This document shows, in pieces, positions 1-9,251 of a stretch of 64,000 nt of DNA. Position 1 is the first letter of the stretch; each line of letters opens with the position of its first letter. The notes beneath the pieces were generated by a model, which worked only from the letters and a program-made list of their open reading frames with translations, was not told where the DNA came from and ran no database searches. The position numbers and the translations under genes were made by a program. Origin of the DNA: Verrucomicrobiaceae bacterium (lineage in GTDB: Bacteria; Verrucomicrobiota; Verrucomicrobiia; Verrucomicrobiales; Akkermansiaceae); assembly GCA_051252135.1 (NCBI GenBank), contig JBPOGH010000004.1:64001-128000 (forward strand), in the 5' to 3' direction.

Positions 1-1
1 T

Positions 2-1180
2 TTGTCGCGTTGTTATTTGGTAGGGCAGGGGGTGGGGAAGGATGAGGTGCGTGGGTTGGCGTTGGCGCGGGAGTCGGCGGAGGCGGGGCATCCTTTGGGG
101 ATGAAGAATCTGGCGAATTGTTATTTGGCGGGAGCGGGCGGGCTGGAGGCGGACTTTGAAAAGGGGCTGGCGCTGACGGAGGAGGCGGCGGGATTGGGGT
201 GTGTGGTTGCGCGGGAGAATTTGATGAAGGCGCATTTTTACGGGAAGTGGGGGATGAAGGTGGACCAGGCGGAAGGGGTGCGGCGGGCGGTGGAGATCGT
301 GCGTGATGGGCAGGGGATTGAGGCGGCGTTTTTGATCGCGCGGTATCATCGGGACAACCGGAGGGACCGGAGGCTGACGGAGGAGGTGCTGATGCAGGTG
401 TGGCGTCGGATCGAGAGGTCATCGGATGCGGGAGGGGTGGAGGCGATGGCGAGGATGGGGCGGTATTTGTGTGAGACGGAGCGGGATGAGGAGGGGGTTC
501 CGTTGATTTTGAAGGCGGCGGGGAAGCCGCATCATTTTGCGTCAGCGATCGCGTTTGATTACGCGAGCGGGGGGACGTTTTCGCGCGGGGCGGGGACGGT
601 GGGGGAGTATGCGACGGTGTATCGATTTGCGCGGGATGCCTATGAATCGGGAAACGAGCATGAGAATATTTTGGCGAGTTTGGCGGAGTCTTTTTTCCAT
701 CAGTGGGGAGAGGGGGAGCCGAGTGCGGTGAAGGCGGAGCCTTTTGTGAGGAAGCTGGCGGTGAAGAAGGGGAGACGGGCGGATGAGATGCTGGGGAGGC
801 TTTATGTGTTGCCGGGAGCGAATCCGTTTCGGGATCAGGCGCGCGGGGTGGCGCATTTGGTGTTGGGGGTGCGGAGGAATTCGGGAATTGTGGATGCCCT
901 GATCGAGGCGCATCTGACGGGGCCGGAGGAGGAGCGGGATCTGGTGCGGGGTTATGCTCTGGCGGCGAGGCAGGGATTTTTGCGCGGGCTTTCGGTGGCG
1001 AGGCGAAAGGAGATGGAGGCGCTTGGGGAGGCGGCGAAGGAGAAGATGACTCCGGAGGAAATTACGGAGGCGGAGGGGCTGATGAGGCGCAATTTTCCGC
1101 TGGCGGAGGAATTCCAGAAGGAGGCGGCGAAGTTCCTGGAGCGCTATGCCGAAAGTGAGGACGGAACGGTGAAGCCTTAG
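2..1180 (+). CDS. Sel1-like (TPR) repeat protein, 5' end outside window
   Basis: Repeats such as CYLVGQGVGKDEVRGLALARESAEAG and LANCYLAGAGGLEADFEKGLALTEEAAGLG match the Sel1 pattern; frame is open at the window edge. Confidence 0.75.
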   Translation: MSRCYLVGQGVGKDEVRGLALARESAEAGHPLGMKNLANCYLAGAGGLEADFEKGLALTEEAAGLGCVVARENLMKAHFYGKWGMKVDQAEGVRRAVEIVRDGQGIEAAFLIARYHRDNRRDRRLTEEVLMQVWRRIERSSDAGGVEAMARMGRYLCETERDEEGVPLILKAAGKPHHFASAIAFDYASGGTFSRGAGTVGEYATVYRFARDAYESGNEHENILASLAESFFHQWGEGEPSAVKAEPFVRKLAVKKGRRADEMLGRLYVLPGANPFRDQARGVAHLVLGVRRNSGIVDALIEAHLTGPEEERDLVRGYALAARQGFLRGLSVARRKEMEALGEAAKEKMTPEEITEAEGLMRRNFPLAEEFQKEAAKFLERYAESEDGTVKP

Positions 1181-1857
1181 TTTGCGAGGTCGTCCGAGGA
1201 GAAGGAGCTGAGCCAGGTGCGGAATTCTTTTTCGCTGAAGCGGCTTTCGAGTCCGAGGTCCGTGCGGACCATGGGGGCGAGGGTGCGCTCGACGGTTTCG
1301 TTTTTTTGCTCCAGAGAAAGGGCTTCGGGGGTGTCGCTGAAGCGGATCTTGAAGGTGGTTTGGGTGCCGGGTTTGAGGCGGGCGAGGCGGCGCATGAGGG
1401 CGTTGCGGGAGTCGAGGCCGTTGGTGGGGACGCCATTGCAGGCGATGATGACGTCGCCCTCCTTGAAGCCGGCTTTTTCGGCGGGGGTGTCGGGGGCGAC
1501 CTGGAGGACGAGGGGCCAGGAGGTGACTTCTTTTCCGTTGTGATCGAGGAACCAGCCGAGGACGAAGCCGAAGACGCCCTGGCCTTCGGTGATGACGTGG
1601 GTGCGGTAGAGGGACTCGAGGATGTGGCGGGCGCGGGCGCGGATTTCGGGGTCGTCGTTGGTGCGGAAGACGGGGAGGAGTTGGTCGACGAGGTCGCGGT
1701 AGTCCCCGGGTGCGAGGTTGAGGATGTTCTCAATGGCGGCGTCGCGATCGGAGGAGGAGCCATCTCCGAGCCGGGCGATGAGTTGGTCGAGGTTCTGATC
1801 CTGCGCGGGAAGGAATCCGGGCAGAACCAGAGTAAGGCAGAGAAGCCAGCGCAGCAT
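1177..1857 (-). CDS. Exported PDZ-domain protein with N-terminal HEAT-like helices
   Basis: Signal peptide MLRWLLCLTLVLPGFLPA; PDZ signature VLQVAPDTPAEKAGFKEGDVIIACNG; HEAT-like LIARLGD..DRDAA and DDPEIRARA. Confidence 0.75.
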   Translation of the reverse strand: MLRWLLCLTLVLPGFLPAQDQNLDQLIARLGDGSSSDRDAAIENILNLAPGDYRDLVDQLLPVFRTNDDPEIRARARHILESLYRTHVITEGQGVFGFVLGWFLDHNGKEVTSWPLVLQVAPDTPAEKAGFKEGDVIIACNGVPTNGLDSRNALMRRLARLKPGTQTTFKIRFSDTPEALSLEQKNETVERTLAPMVRTDLGLESRFSEKEFRTWLSSFSSDDLAN

Positions 1858-2014
1858 GACGGGACGGTATGATTCGGGGAGAGGGAGACCAAGGAGAGAA
1901 ATCCAAAATTCCAGAATGAGACGGGGGAGTGTGGTTGGGTGGGAGATTGGGTTTTTGCGGGGTGGGTGGAATATCTTTGCTTCCGCTGCTCTTTTGAGGA
2001 GTCTTGTTCGCGTC

Positions 2015-5000
2015 GTGAGAAATCTGAGGCTCTTCCCCCTGCTTGCATTGATGTGTTCGTTTGTATCTGCGCAGAGCGTAGTGAGCTCATTGAATCAGTT
2101 GATTCCGTATCTGGATGATGACAATGCCAATGTGGTGATGACGCCGGGGACCTATCGGATCACTCCGGCGGATGTGACGTCGGGGTTGTTTCCGAGTACG
2201 CCTTTGTTGAATTTTAGTGGCCACAACAGCACCTTTGATTTTTCGGGGGTGACCATTGAGGTTGAGACGGAAGTGTTTCGATCATTTGGGAATGTCGATG
2301 TGGTTGAGGTCGGAGTCTTTGGAGAGGATTTGGTGTTAAAGAATCTCACGCTGATTGATATCGGGACGGCCCGGCCGCAGAGGACTGCGCTGGGGATGGT
2401 GTTGGACGGAAGGAGGAATCGGGTTGAGGGGTTCAGCCAGACGATTCGCGGTTCGTATCCCTACGGATACGGCGACATTTTCGGGAAGGGGGCGGGGTAT
2501 GTGGTCAAGCATTTCAAGCATTCGGCGATTTTGGTGCGGGGGGATAGCAACCATCTGTTGAATTGTGATGTTTTTCATCGGGCCTACGGGCACGGGATTT
2601 TTTGTCAAGGGTCGCTCGATGCCGTTATTGAGGGGTGTTACGTGGAGGGTGAGATGCGGTCGAGCGACGAGGTTCTTGCCGAGGCGGGGACGGGCACTCA
2701 TGCCGATGTGGTGAATTTTGAGACCGACTGGGCGGCGGATCCGGTGGGCGATCCGACGGGTCCCGGCTACACTCTTCAGGCGGGGTGGATGTTTAGTTTA
2801 CAGGAGGATGGCATCCGGGCCTACAATACGGGGCCGGATCCTGACGGGGTGACGCGGAACACGCGGAACCTTCAGGTGATTGATTGCACGGTGAAGAACA
2901 TGCGTTCGGGGGTGACGATCGGATTCTGTGACAATACGAAGTACGTCGAAGGGTGTGTTTCCCTGGGGTGTGAGAATGGTTTCTGGGTGGGGACGGAGGG
3001 GCAGATAGTTGAATGTGCCGGGGATGCGCAGTTTGGGCCGCTTTTGGAGAACAACTATCAGAATGATCGGGATAGCGTGGTGGACTTGACGGTTTTGGAT
3101 TCCGGGGCGGTTTATGGGGATCATCCCTTGGCCTATATCGGGGGGAACGGCCACAACATCACCCTTCGGCAGCCGGCTGCGAGTGTGAATCAGAATTTGG
3201 AGATCATGGTGAACGGGATTCGGCAGGGGCTGCGGCAGTTTGCGGTGAATCCGCAGTACAATGATTTTTCCTCGAACAATGTGGTGTTGAATAATCTGAC
3301 AAACTACCCGGTGGTGCTGGGGGCGAAGAGTACGGGGACGAGTGGCCAATCCGGGGGGATGGTGACGGATAATGGCACGAGCAATGGTTTGTCTTCGGCT
3401 ACCATCAGTGGATGCGGTGGGTTTTCGATTGGCAAGACCATAGAGGCGGAGGATTTTTGCGGACAAAGCGGGGTGGTGGTGGAGTCCGGGGGTGGAGGGA
3501 TTATGAGCGTGGGGATGATTGAGGACGGGGACTGGATCAGGTTTGATGATGTCTTTTTTGGAGTTGGGCCCGACCGGGTTGAAGCGCGGGTGGCGGGTGG
3601 CACTGGCGGAGGGACGATTGAGGTTCGGCTTGGTGGGGTGTCAGGGACGTTGATTGGGACATGCGAGGTGGCGGGAAGCGCGGTCGGGGAGACGTGGGTG
3701 ACGCGGTCGGCTGAGTTGACCGAGGTGCAGGGGCTGCATGACCTTTATTTGGTGTTTACCGGGGAGTCGGGGGTATTGCTAAATCTTGATTCGTTGGTGT
3801 TGGGCCATGGGCAGAGTGATGCGGCGAGCCGGAAGGCGGAGTCCTTGGTGGGGTGTTGGAAATTTGATGAGGGTGCCGGGCTCAGCGGGTTGGATTCTTC
3901 CGGGATGGGTCATCATGGGACCTTGACGTCGGCGAGTTGGGTGCCGGGCTATGCGGAGACGGCGTTGGATTTTGATGGTGGGGGGGACAAGGTTTCTGTT
4001 CCGAGTGCGGCGTTTTCGGATATCGACAATGAAGTCACGATTGCGATGTGGGTTTACGGGGCGCCATCGCAGCCCCTGGAGGATTCGGTTTTTTACGCGG
4101 AGAATTCTTCAAATGGCCGGGTGTTCAATATTCATCTGCCTTATTCCAATTCCAGCGTTTACTGGGATGCCGGTAATTCGGGTGGCTATGACCGGATTCA
4201 GAAGGCCGCAGCGGTGAGTCAGTTTGAGGGGCAGTGGAATCACTGGGTGTTCACGAAGAATGCGACCGAGGGAACGATGAAGGCCTATCACAACGGGGTC
4301 CTGTTCATGGCGGGGATTGGGGAAACCCGCCCGATGGACGGAGTCGATGAGGCGACCATCGGTGGCCGGATCGGAAACTCGAGTTACAGCGGCATGATTG
4401 ATGAGGTGAAGCTTTATCGCATGGCCCTGACTGAGAGCGAGGTCGGTTCGCTTTATGAAGGGTATGCTTTGAATACTCCTCCGGTTGCGATGCCGGCGAG
4501 TTTGACGATGAGGAGTGGCACGGTGGCGGATATCACGCTGACGGTTTCCGATGAGATTGGTGATTCGCTGACCTACACCGTGGTGAGCGGGCCTGCCAAC
4601 GGGGTCTTGAGCGGGACTGCTCCAAATTTGAGTTACACTCCAGGGGCTTCTTTTTCGGGGAATGACAGCTTTAGTTATCAGGCGAATGACGGGACGTATG
4701 ACAGTAATACGGCGACTGTTTCGATCACGGTGTGGGAGGGGCAGCTTTTGGCCCATTGGGCTTTGAATGAGACGAGCGGAACATCGGTGATGGACTCCTC
4801 GGGCAATGGGCATCATGGCACCTTGGTGTCGGGAAGTTGGGTGGATGGCATCGACCGGGGGGCATTGGATTTTGTTGGGGGGAATACGGGAGTTTCTCTT
4901 CCGGCCTCGGCCTTTGCGGGGATTTCAGATCAGGTTACCCTTTCAATGTGGGCGTTTGGTGATGCGGCTCTGCCTCAGGATACCTCGGTCTTTTACGCGG

Positions 5001-5758
5001 TAAATTCAGCGAACGATCGCGTTCTCAACGTCCATCTCCCGTGGAGTAACTCGAAAGTGTATTGGGATGCCGGAAGTGACGCGGGATATGATCGCATTTT
5101 GAAAGATGCGACCCCGGCGGAAATCAAGGGGCAGTGGAATCATTGGGTTTTCAGTAAGGATGCTTCGTCCGGAGTGATGAAGATCCATCTTAATGGGGTG
5201 CTTTGGAGTAGTGGGTCGGATAAGTCGCGATTGATCTCGGGAATCACGGCGGCGACTATCGGGAGTCAGATTTCCGGGGTCGGTTATCAGGGGATGGTGG
5301 ATGAAGTGAAGTTGTTCAATTACGCGATGACGGATGTGGAGGTGGGGGCCCTTTATCAGAGCAGTCCTTTTGTCTTCTGGGTGGGGAGTTTTGCAGGGCT
5401 GAGTGACTCGTCGTGGGGTGGTGATCCGGACAAGGACAACATTGCGACCGGGATGGAGTATGTCTTGAATGGTGATCCGGGGGTGACCGATTACACCATT
5501 CTTCCGATGATGGCGGGATCGGGGAATGATTACGTGTGCACCTTCACCCGGCGGGCGGAGTCGGCCCAGGATACGGTTCAGATTTTCGAGTATTCTCCGA
5601 CTCTTGATGGAGTGTGGACGGAGGTGAATATTACCGGCACGCCGGATCCGGAGGTGACGATCGGGCCGGAAGTGAATGGTCTGGAGACGGTGACGGTGAC
5701 GATCAGTAATGCGCTGACGACCTATGACCGGCTCTTTGGTCGGCTCCGGGTGGAGTGA
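2015..5758 (+). CDS. Large secreted carbohydrate-active protein: right-handed beta-helix + CBM6 + LamG + Ig-like + LamG + C-terminal domain
   Basis: GTG at 2015 precedes a signal peptide (RNLRLFPLLALMCSFVSAQ); beta-helix-type sequence (HRAYGHGIFCQG, EDGIRAY); CBM6-like TIEAEDF..IEDGDWIRF..HDLYLVF; two LamG domains (WNHWVF..G.IDEVKL); Ig-like YTP..FSGNDSFSY. Confidence 0.75.
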   Translation: MRNLRLFPLLALMCSFVSAQSVVSSLNQLIPYLDDDNANVVMTPGTYRITPADVTSGLFPSTPLLNFSGHNSTFDFSGVTIEVETEVFRSFGNVDVVEVGVFGEDLVLKNLTLIDIGTARPQRTALGMVLDGRRNRVEGFSQTIRGSYPYGYGDIFGKGAGYVVKHFKHSAILVRGDSNHLLNCDVFHRAYGHGIFCQGSLDAVIEGCYVEGEMRSSDEVLAEAGTGTHADVVNFETDWAADPVGDPTGPGYTLQAGWMFSLQEDGIRAYNTGPDPDGVTRNTRNLQVIDCTVKNMRSGVTIGFCDNTKYVEGCVSLGCENGFWVGTEGQIVECAGDAQFGPLLENNYQNDRDSVVDLTVLDSGAVYGDHPLAYIGGNGHNITLRQPAASVNQNLEIMVNGIRQGLRQFAVNPQYNDFSSNNVVLNNLTNYPVVLGAKSTGTSGQSGGMVTDNGTSNGLSSATISGCGGFSIGKTIEAEDFCGQSGVVVESGGGGIMSVGMIEDGDWIRFDDVFFGVGPDRVEARVAGGTGGGTIEVRLGGVSGTLIGTCEVAGSAVGETWVTRSAELTEVQGLHDLYLVFTGESGVLLNLDSLVLGHGQSDAASRKAESLVGCWKFDEGAGLSGLDSSGMGHHGTLTSASWVPGYAETALDFDGGGDKVSVPSAAFSDIDNEVTIAMWVYGAPSQPLEDSVFYAENSSNGRVFNIHLPYSNSSVYWDAGNSGGYDRIQKAAAVSQFEGQWNHWVFTKNATEGTMKAYHNGVLFMAGIGETRPMDGVDEATIGGRIGNSSYSGMIDEVKLYRMALTESEVGSLYEGYALNTPPVAMPASLTMRSGTVADITLTVSDEIGDSLTYTVVSGPANGVLSGTAPNLSYTPGASFSGNDSFSYQANDGTYDSNTATVSITVWEGQLLAHWALNETSGTSVMDSSGNGHHGTLVSGSWVDGIDRGALDFVGGNTGVSLPASAFAGISDQVTLSMWAFGDAALPQDTSVFYAVNSANDRVLNVHLPWSNSKVYWDAGSDAGYDRILKDATPAEIKGQWNHWVFSKDASSGVMKIHLNGVLWSSGSDKSRLISGITAATIGSQISGVGYQGMVDEVKLFNYAMTDVEVGALYQSSPFVFWVGSFAGLSDSSWGGDPDKDNIATGMEYVLNGDPGVTDYTILPMMAGSGNDYVCTFTRRAESAQDTVQIFEYSPTLDGVWTEVNITGTPDPEVTIGPEVNGLETVTVTISNALTTYDRLFGRLRVE

Positions 5759-5810
5759 GATGAAGGTTGATAGGCGGCCGGAATGGAAAGCCCACTGTGG
5801 CCTTTAAGAT

Positions 5811-5842
5811 AAAAGCAGCGGCCCGGGTGGGGCGTTGCTTTT
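5811..5842 (+). terminator. Probable intrinsic terminator
   Basis: AAAAGCAGCGGCCC-GGGT-GGGGCGTTGCTTTT hairpin just after the 5758 stop. Confidence 0.55.
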
Positions 5843-5913
5843 GAGGAGGTTGAGAGCCTGAGACGGAGGAGTGTGGTGTCGACTTGTGGGGGGGAGTTTG
5901 TTTTGGTGGGTGG

Positions 5914-6561
5914 ATGAGGCGGATGTTGTTGATTTTTTGGTTGATGGCAGGGTTGCCGGTGATGGCTGAGGAGCGGGATATTTCGGGGGATGCGGCGGCC
6001 TTGCATGGGCGTGGGGTGGAGTTGTTTTTTGCAGGGAAGCTGAAGGAAGCGGTGGTGGATTGGGATCGGGCGATTGCGCTGCAGCCGCGGCGCGGGCCGC
6101 ATCATTGGCAGCGGGGATTGGCGCTTTATTATTTGGGGGAATACGACAAGGGGGTGGCGCAGTTTGAGAGTCACCAGAAGGTGAATGGGAACGATGTGGA
6201 GAATGCGGCGTGGCATTTTCTCTGTGTGGTGCGCGGGACGGATGGATCGGTGGAGAAGGCGCGGGAGAAGTTGATTCCGATCAAGGGCGATTCGCGGGTG
6301 CCGATGAAAGAGATTCACGCTCTTTTCGGAGGAAAGGGGACAGCGGAGGTGGTGCTGGCGGCGGCGAGGAAGGATGCGGAGGGGCTGCAGCTGAGGAATC
6401 AGCTGTGCTACGCGCACCTTTATCTGGGGCTCTATTTTGAGGTGCTGGGTGAGAAGGAGAAGTCAGCGGGGCATATCAAGAAGTCGGCGGTGGACTTTAA
6501 GATGGATCACTACATGGGGAAAGTGGCGCAGGTTCACTTCAAGCTGCGGCAGGGGAAGTGA
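5914..6561 (+). CDS. Exported TPR protein (NlpI-like)
   Basis: Signal peptide; TPR motifs GVELFFAGKLKEAVVDWDRAIAL, WQRGLALYYLGEY, NDVENAAWHFLC, YAHLYLGLY. Confidence 0.75.
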   Translation: MRRMLLIFWLMAGLPVMAEERDISGDAAALHGRGVELFFAGKLKEAVVDWDRAIALQPRRGPHHWQRGLALYYLGEYDKGVAQFESHQKVNGNDVENAAWHFLCVVRGTDGSVEKAREKLIPIKGDSRVPMKEIHALFGGKGTAEVVLAAARKDAEGLQLRNQLCYAHLYLGLYFEVLGEKEKSAGHIKKSAVDFKMDHYMGKVAQVHFKLRQGK

Positions 6562-6604
6562 GTGATGGGGTTGTTGAGCGGGGGTGAGATAAACGCGCTC
6601 ACAG

Positions 6605-7546
6605 GTGGACTTGTGTCCGTGGTTCTGCTTTCTTCCCGACGTGTCTGCTTCGTCTACCACTCCTGTTTATGTCTGCGGGCCGATGGCCTCCGGCAAAGCC
6701 AATCTTGCAACTTCACTGGCGAAGGAGCTCGATGGCGAGATCGTGAACGCCGATGTGGCGAAGGCTTATCGTGGGCTGGAGATCCTCAGCGCAGTCCCTT
6801 CCGCGGAGCAGATGGCTCAGGCGCCGCATCATTTATACAGTGTTCTTGATGCGACCGAGGTTTGTGATCCGTTGGCATTTCGGAATCTGGCGCTTCCGGT
6901 GATTGAGGAGATTCAGTCGCGGGGGAAGTGTCCGATCATTGTGGGTGGGAGTGGCGTTTATTTGAAGACTTTGACTCATGGGCCGTCGACGCTTCCCGAG
7001 CGGGATGACGCGTTGCGGAAGAAGTTTGAGGACCGGAACAATGAGGACCTTGCGGAAGAGTTGAAGTCGCTCGATCCCGAGGGGGCGGCGGCGACGGATC
7101 TGAAGAACCGGCGTTATTTGATTCGGGCGCTGGAGATTTGTTTGCTTACGGGACAGAAAATGTCGGTTTTGAAGCAGGAGCAGTTTGAGAGATTTGATGA
7201 GATTACGCAGTCGCTGCGGGGTCTTTATTTGCTGTGGGATAATGACAACAGCAAGCAGCGGATTAGTTCACGGACGATGCAGATTCTTGAAAAGGGTGGC
7301 ATTGATGAGGTTAAGAATTTGCGGGAGAGCGCGTCGGAGACTTGCCGGAAGACGATTGGGTTTTCGGAGATTGAGGAGCACCTCGATGGGAAGTTTACGC
7401 TGAAGGAGTGCCACAAGGGATTCCACACGAGCACGCGACGGACGGCGAAGACGCAACGTGCGTGGTTGAAGAAAGAGGCGTGGCTGAAGGATGTGGCGTG
7501 TCCGTTTGCCTTTGATGCGAAGGTGAGTTCGTTTTTGGAGAGCTAG
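6605..7546 (+). CDS. tRNA dimethylallyltransferase (MiaA)-family protein, divergent
   Basis: Collinear MiaA motifs: GP.ASGK, EIVNAD..YRGL, PHHL, VGGSGVY, LDP, N.R.LIRALE, IGFSE, TRR.AK.Q..W; several are degenerate (see findings). Confidence 0.8.
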   Translation: MDLCPWFCFLPDVSASSTTPVYVCGPMASGKANLATSLAKELDGEIVNADVAKAYRGLEILSAVPSAEQMAQAPHHLYSVLDATEVCDPLAFRNLALPVIEEIQSRGKCPIIVGGSGVYLKTLTHGPSTLPERDDALRKKFEDRNNEDLAEELKSLDPEGAAATDLKNRRYLIRALEICLLTGQKMSVLKQEQFERFDEITQSLRGLYLLWDNDNSKQRISSRTMQILEKGGIDEVKNLRESASETCRKTIGFSEIEEHLDGKFTLKECHKGFHTSTRRTAKTQRAWLKKEAWLKDVACPFAFDAKVSSFLES

Positions 7547-8964
7547 GAGAGGATTCCTTTGACGACCTTGGCGGGTTCGACGCCGGTGAGGCGCATGTCG
7601 AGGCCCTGGAATTTTTTTGAGAAGCGGTGGTGGTCGATGCCGAGGAGGTGGAGAAGGGTGGCGTGGAAGTCGCGGACGTGGACGATGTCTTTTTGGGCGT
7701 TGTAGCCGAGTTCATCGGTGGCTCCGTAGCTGAGGCCGGGCTTGACGCCGCCGCCGGCCATCCAGGTGGAGAAGCCTTTGATGTGGTGGTCGCGACCGGG
7801 GCCGCCTTTTCCCTGGAACATGGGGGTGCGTCCGAATTCGCCGCCCCAGACGACGAGGGTGTCGTTGAGGAGGCCGCGTTGTTTGAGGTCGGTGAGGAGG
7901 GCGTAGGTCGCTTGGTCGGTGTGGCGGCAGCAGACCTTCATGTATTTATCGAGGTCGCCGTGGTGATCCCAGCCGCGGTGGTAGAGCTGGACGAAGCGGG
8001 TTCCTTTTTCGATGAGGCGGCGGGCGAGGAGGCAGTTGGAGGCGTAGGAGCCATCGCCGGGGGTGGCGCCATACATTTCGAGGGTCTTCTTTGACTCGCC
8101 GGAGAGATCGGTGAGTTCGGGGACAGAGGCCTGCATGCGGAAGGCCATCTCGTAGGCGCTGATGCGGGTGGCGATCTCGGGGTTGTCGACGAGCTCGTTG
8201 CGTTGGGCGTCGAGTTTTTGAATGGTTTTGATGAGGGCGTTTTGGTGTTGGCGATCGACTCCGTTGGGATTGGAGACGTAGTGGACGGGGTCGCCGGTGG
8301 AGTTGAACTCGACGCCTTGAAAGCGGGAGGGGAGGAAGCCGGAGGCCCACTGGCGACTGGCAATGGGTTGGGGGTTGCGTCCGCCGACGGAGGAGAGGAC
8401 GACGAAGCCGGGGAGGTCTTCGGATTCGGAGCCGAGGCCGTAGTTGATCCAGGAACCCATGGAGGGGCGACCGCTGATGGCGGTGCCGGTGTTCATGAAG
8501 GTGTGGGCGGGGTCGTGGTTGATTTGTTCGGTGACCATGGAGCGGATGACGGTGAGGTCGTCCGCCATTTTCTGATGGTGCGGGAGGTAGTCGGAGATGA
8601 ACTGGCCGGACTTGCCGTATTGTTTGAACTTGGTGGTGTGGCCGAGGGCTTTGAGTTCCTTGCCCTGGAGTTGGGCGATGGGTTGGCCCCTGGTGAAGGA
8701 CTCGGGCATGGGTTTGCCGTCGAGTTTATCGAGCTGGGGTTTGTAGTCGAAGGTCTCGAGGTGGGAGGGGCCGCCGGCCATGCAGAGGAAGATGACGCGC
8801 TTGGCCTTGGGGGTGTGGTGGGGGAGACCGGGGAGACCTTTGTAGTCGGAGCCCTGGCTTTCGGCGCGCATGATTTGGGAGATGAGCGCGGCGGATCCGA
8901 AGGACATTCCGGTGTTACTTAAAAAGGTGCGACGCTTGATGAAGTTTTGATGGGGATCGATCAT
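7543..8964 (-). CDS. DUF1501 (sulfatase-fold) protein with Tat signal
   Basis: KRRTFL twin-arginine; AKRVIFLCMAGGPSHLETFDYKP; CLLARRLIEKGTRFVQL; GWDHH; WGGEFGRTP; GRDHH. Confidence 0.9.
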   Translation of the reverse strand: MIDPHQNFIKRRTFLSNTGMSFGSAALISQIMRAESQGSDYKGLPGLPHHTPKAKRVIFLCMAGGPSHLETFDYKPQLDKLDGKPMPESFTRGQPIAQLQGKELKALGHTTKFKQYGKSGQFISDYLPHHQKMADDLTVIRSMVTEQINHDPAHTFMNTGTAISGRPSMGSWINYGLGSESEDLPGFVVLSSVGGRNPQPIASRQWASGFLPSRFQGVEFNSTGDPVHYVSNPNGVDRQHQNALIKTIQKLDAQRNELVDNPEIATRISAYEMAFRMQASVPELTDLSGESKKTLEMYGATPGDGSYASNCLLARRLIEKGTRFVQLYHRGWDHHGDLDKYMKVCCRHTDQATYALLTDLKQRGLLNDTLVVWGGEFGRTPMFQGKGGPGRDHHIKGFSTWMAGGGVKPGLSYGATDELGYNAQKDIVHVRDFHATLLHLLGIDHHRFSKKFQGLDMRLTGVEPAKVVKGILS

Positions 8965-8970
8965 GGCAGG

Positions 8971-9019
8971 TGGAGATTGAACGGTGAGATTTGAACAGTG
9001 AGATATGAGCGTTGAACTA
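8971..9019. repeat. 7-bp period repeat array (TGA-N4), downstream arm of four-helix-bundle cassette
   Basis: tggagat|tgaacgg|tgagatt|tgaacag|tgagata|tgagcgt|tgaacta; TGA recurs at 8978, 8985, 8992, 8999, 9006, 9013. Confidence 0.85.
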
Positions 9020-9251
9020 TTTTGTGCTGCGTGATTTTGCGGTGGAAATGGAAGCGTTTAGGATGCGCTCGAGTTGATCGGTTTCATCGATGAGAGGGAT
9101 GAGTTTTTCCGGAGAAGGGACGAGCGGGGTGCGGCGAGTTAGTTCGAGCCAGCGGCGGGTTTCGCGCATTTCTTTTAAGGCGAATGATCTGTGTGGCGTA
9201 TTCAATGAGTCGCTCGCTCAAGTCAGGTGCTGATGTGTTTTTTGAGTTCAT
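9017..9251 (-). pseudogene. Four-helix-bundle (23S rRNA IVS protein-like) gene with internal out-of-frame deletion
   Basis: ATG at 9251 reads MNSKNTSAPDLSERLIEYATQIIRL (typical N-terminus). Another frame reads ALKEMRETRRWLEL..LIDETDQLERILNASISTAK* (typical C-terminus). The conserved middle is absent; junction at about 9177-9183. Confidence 0.8.
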
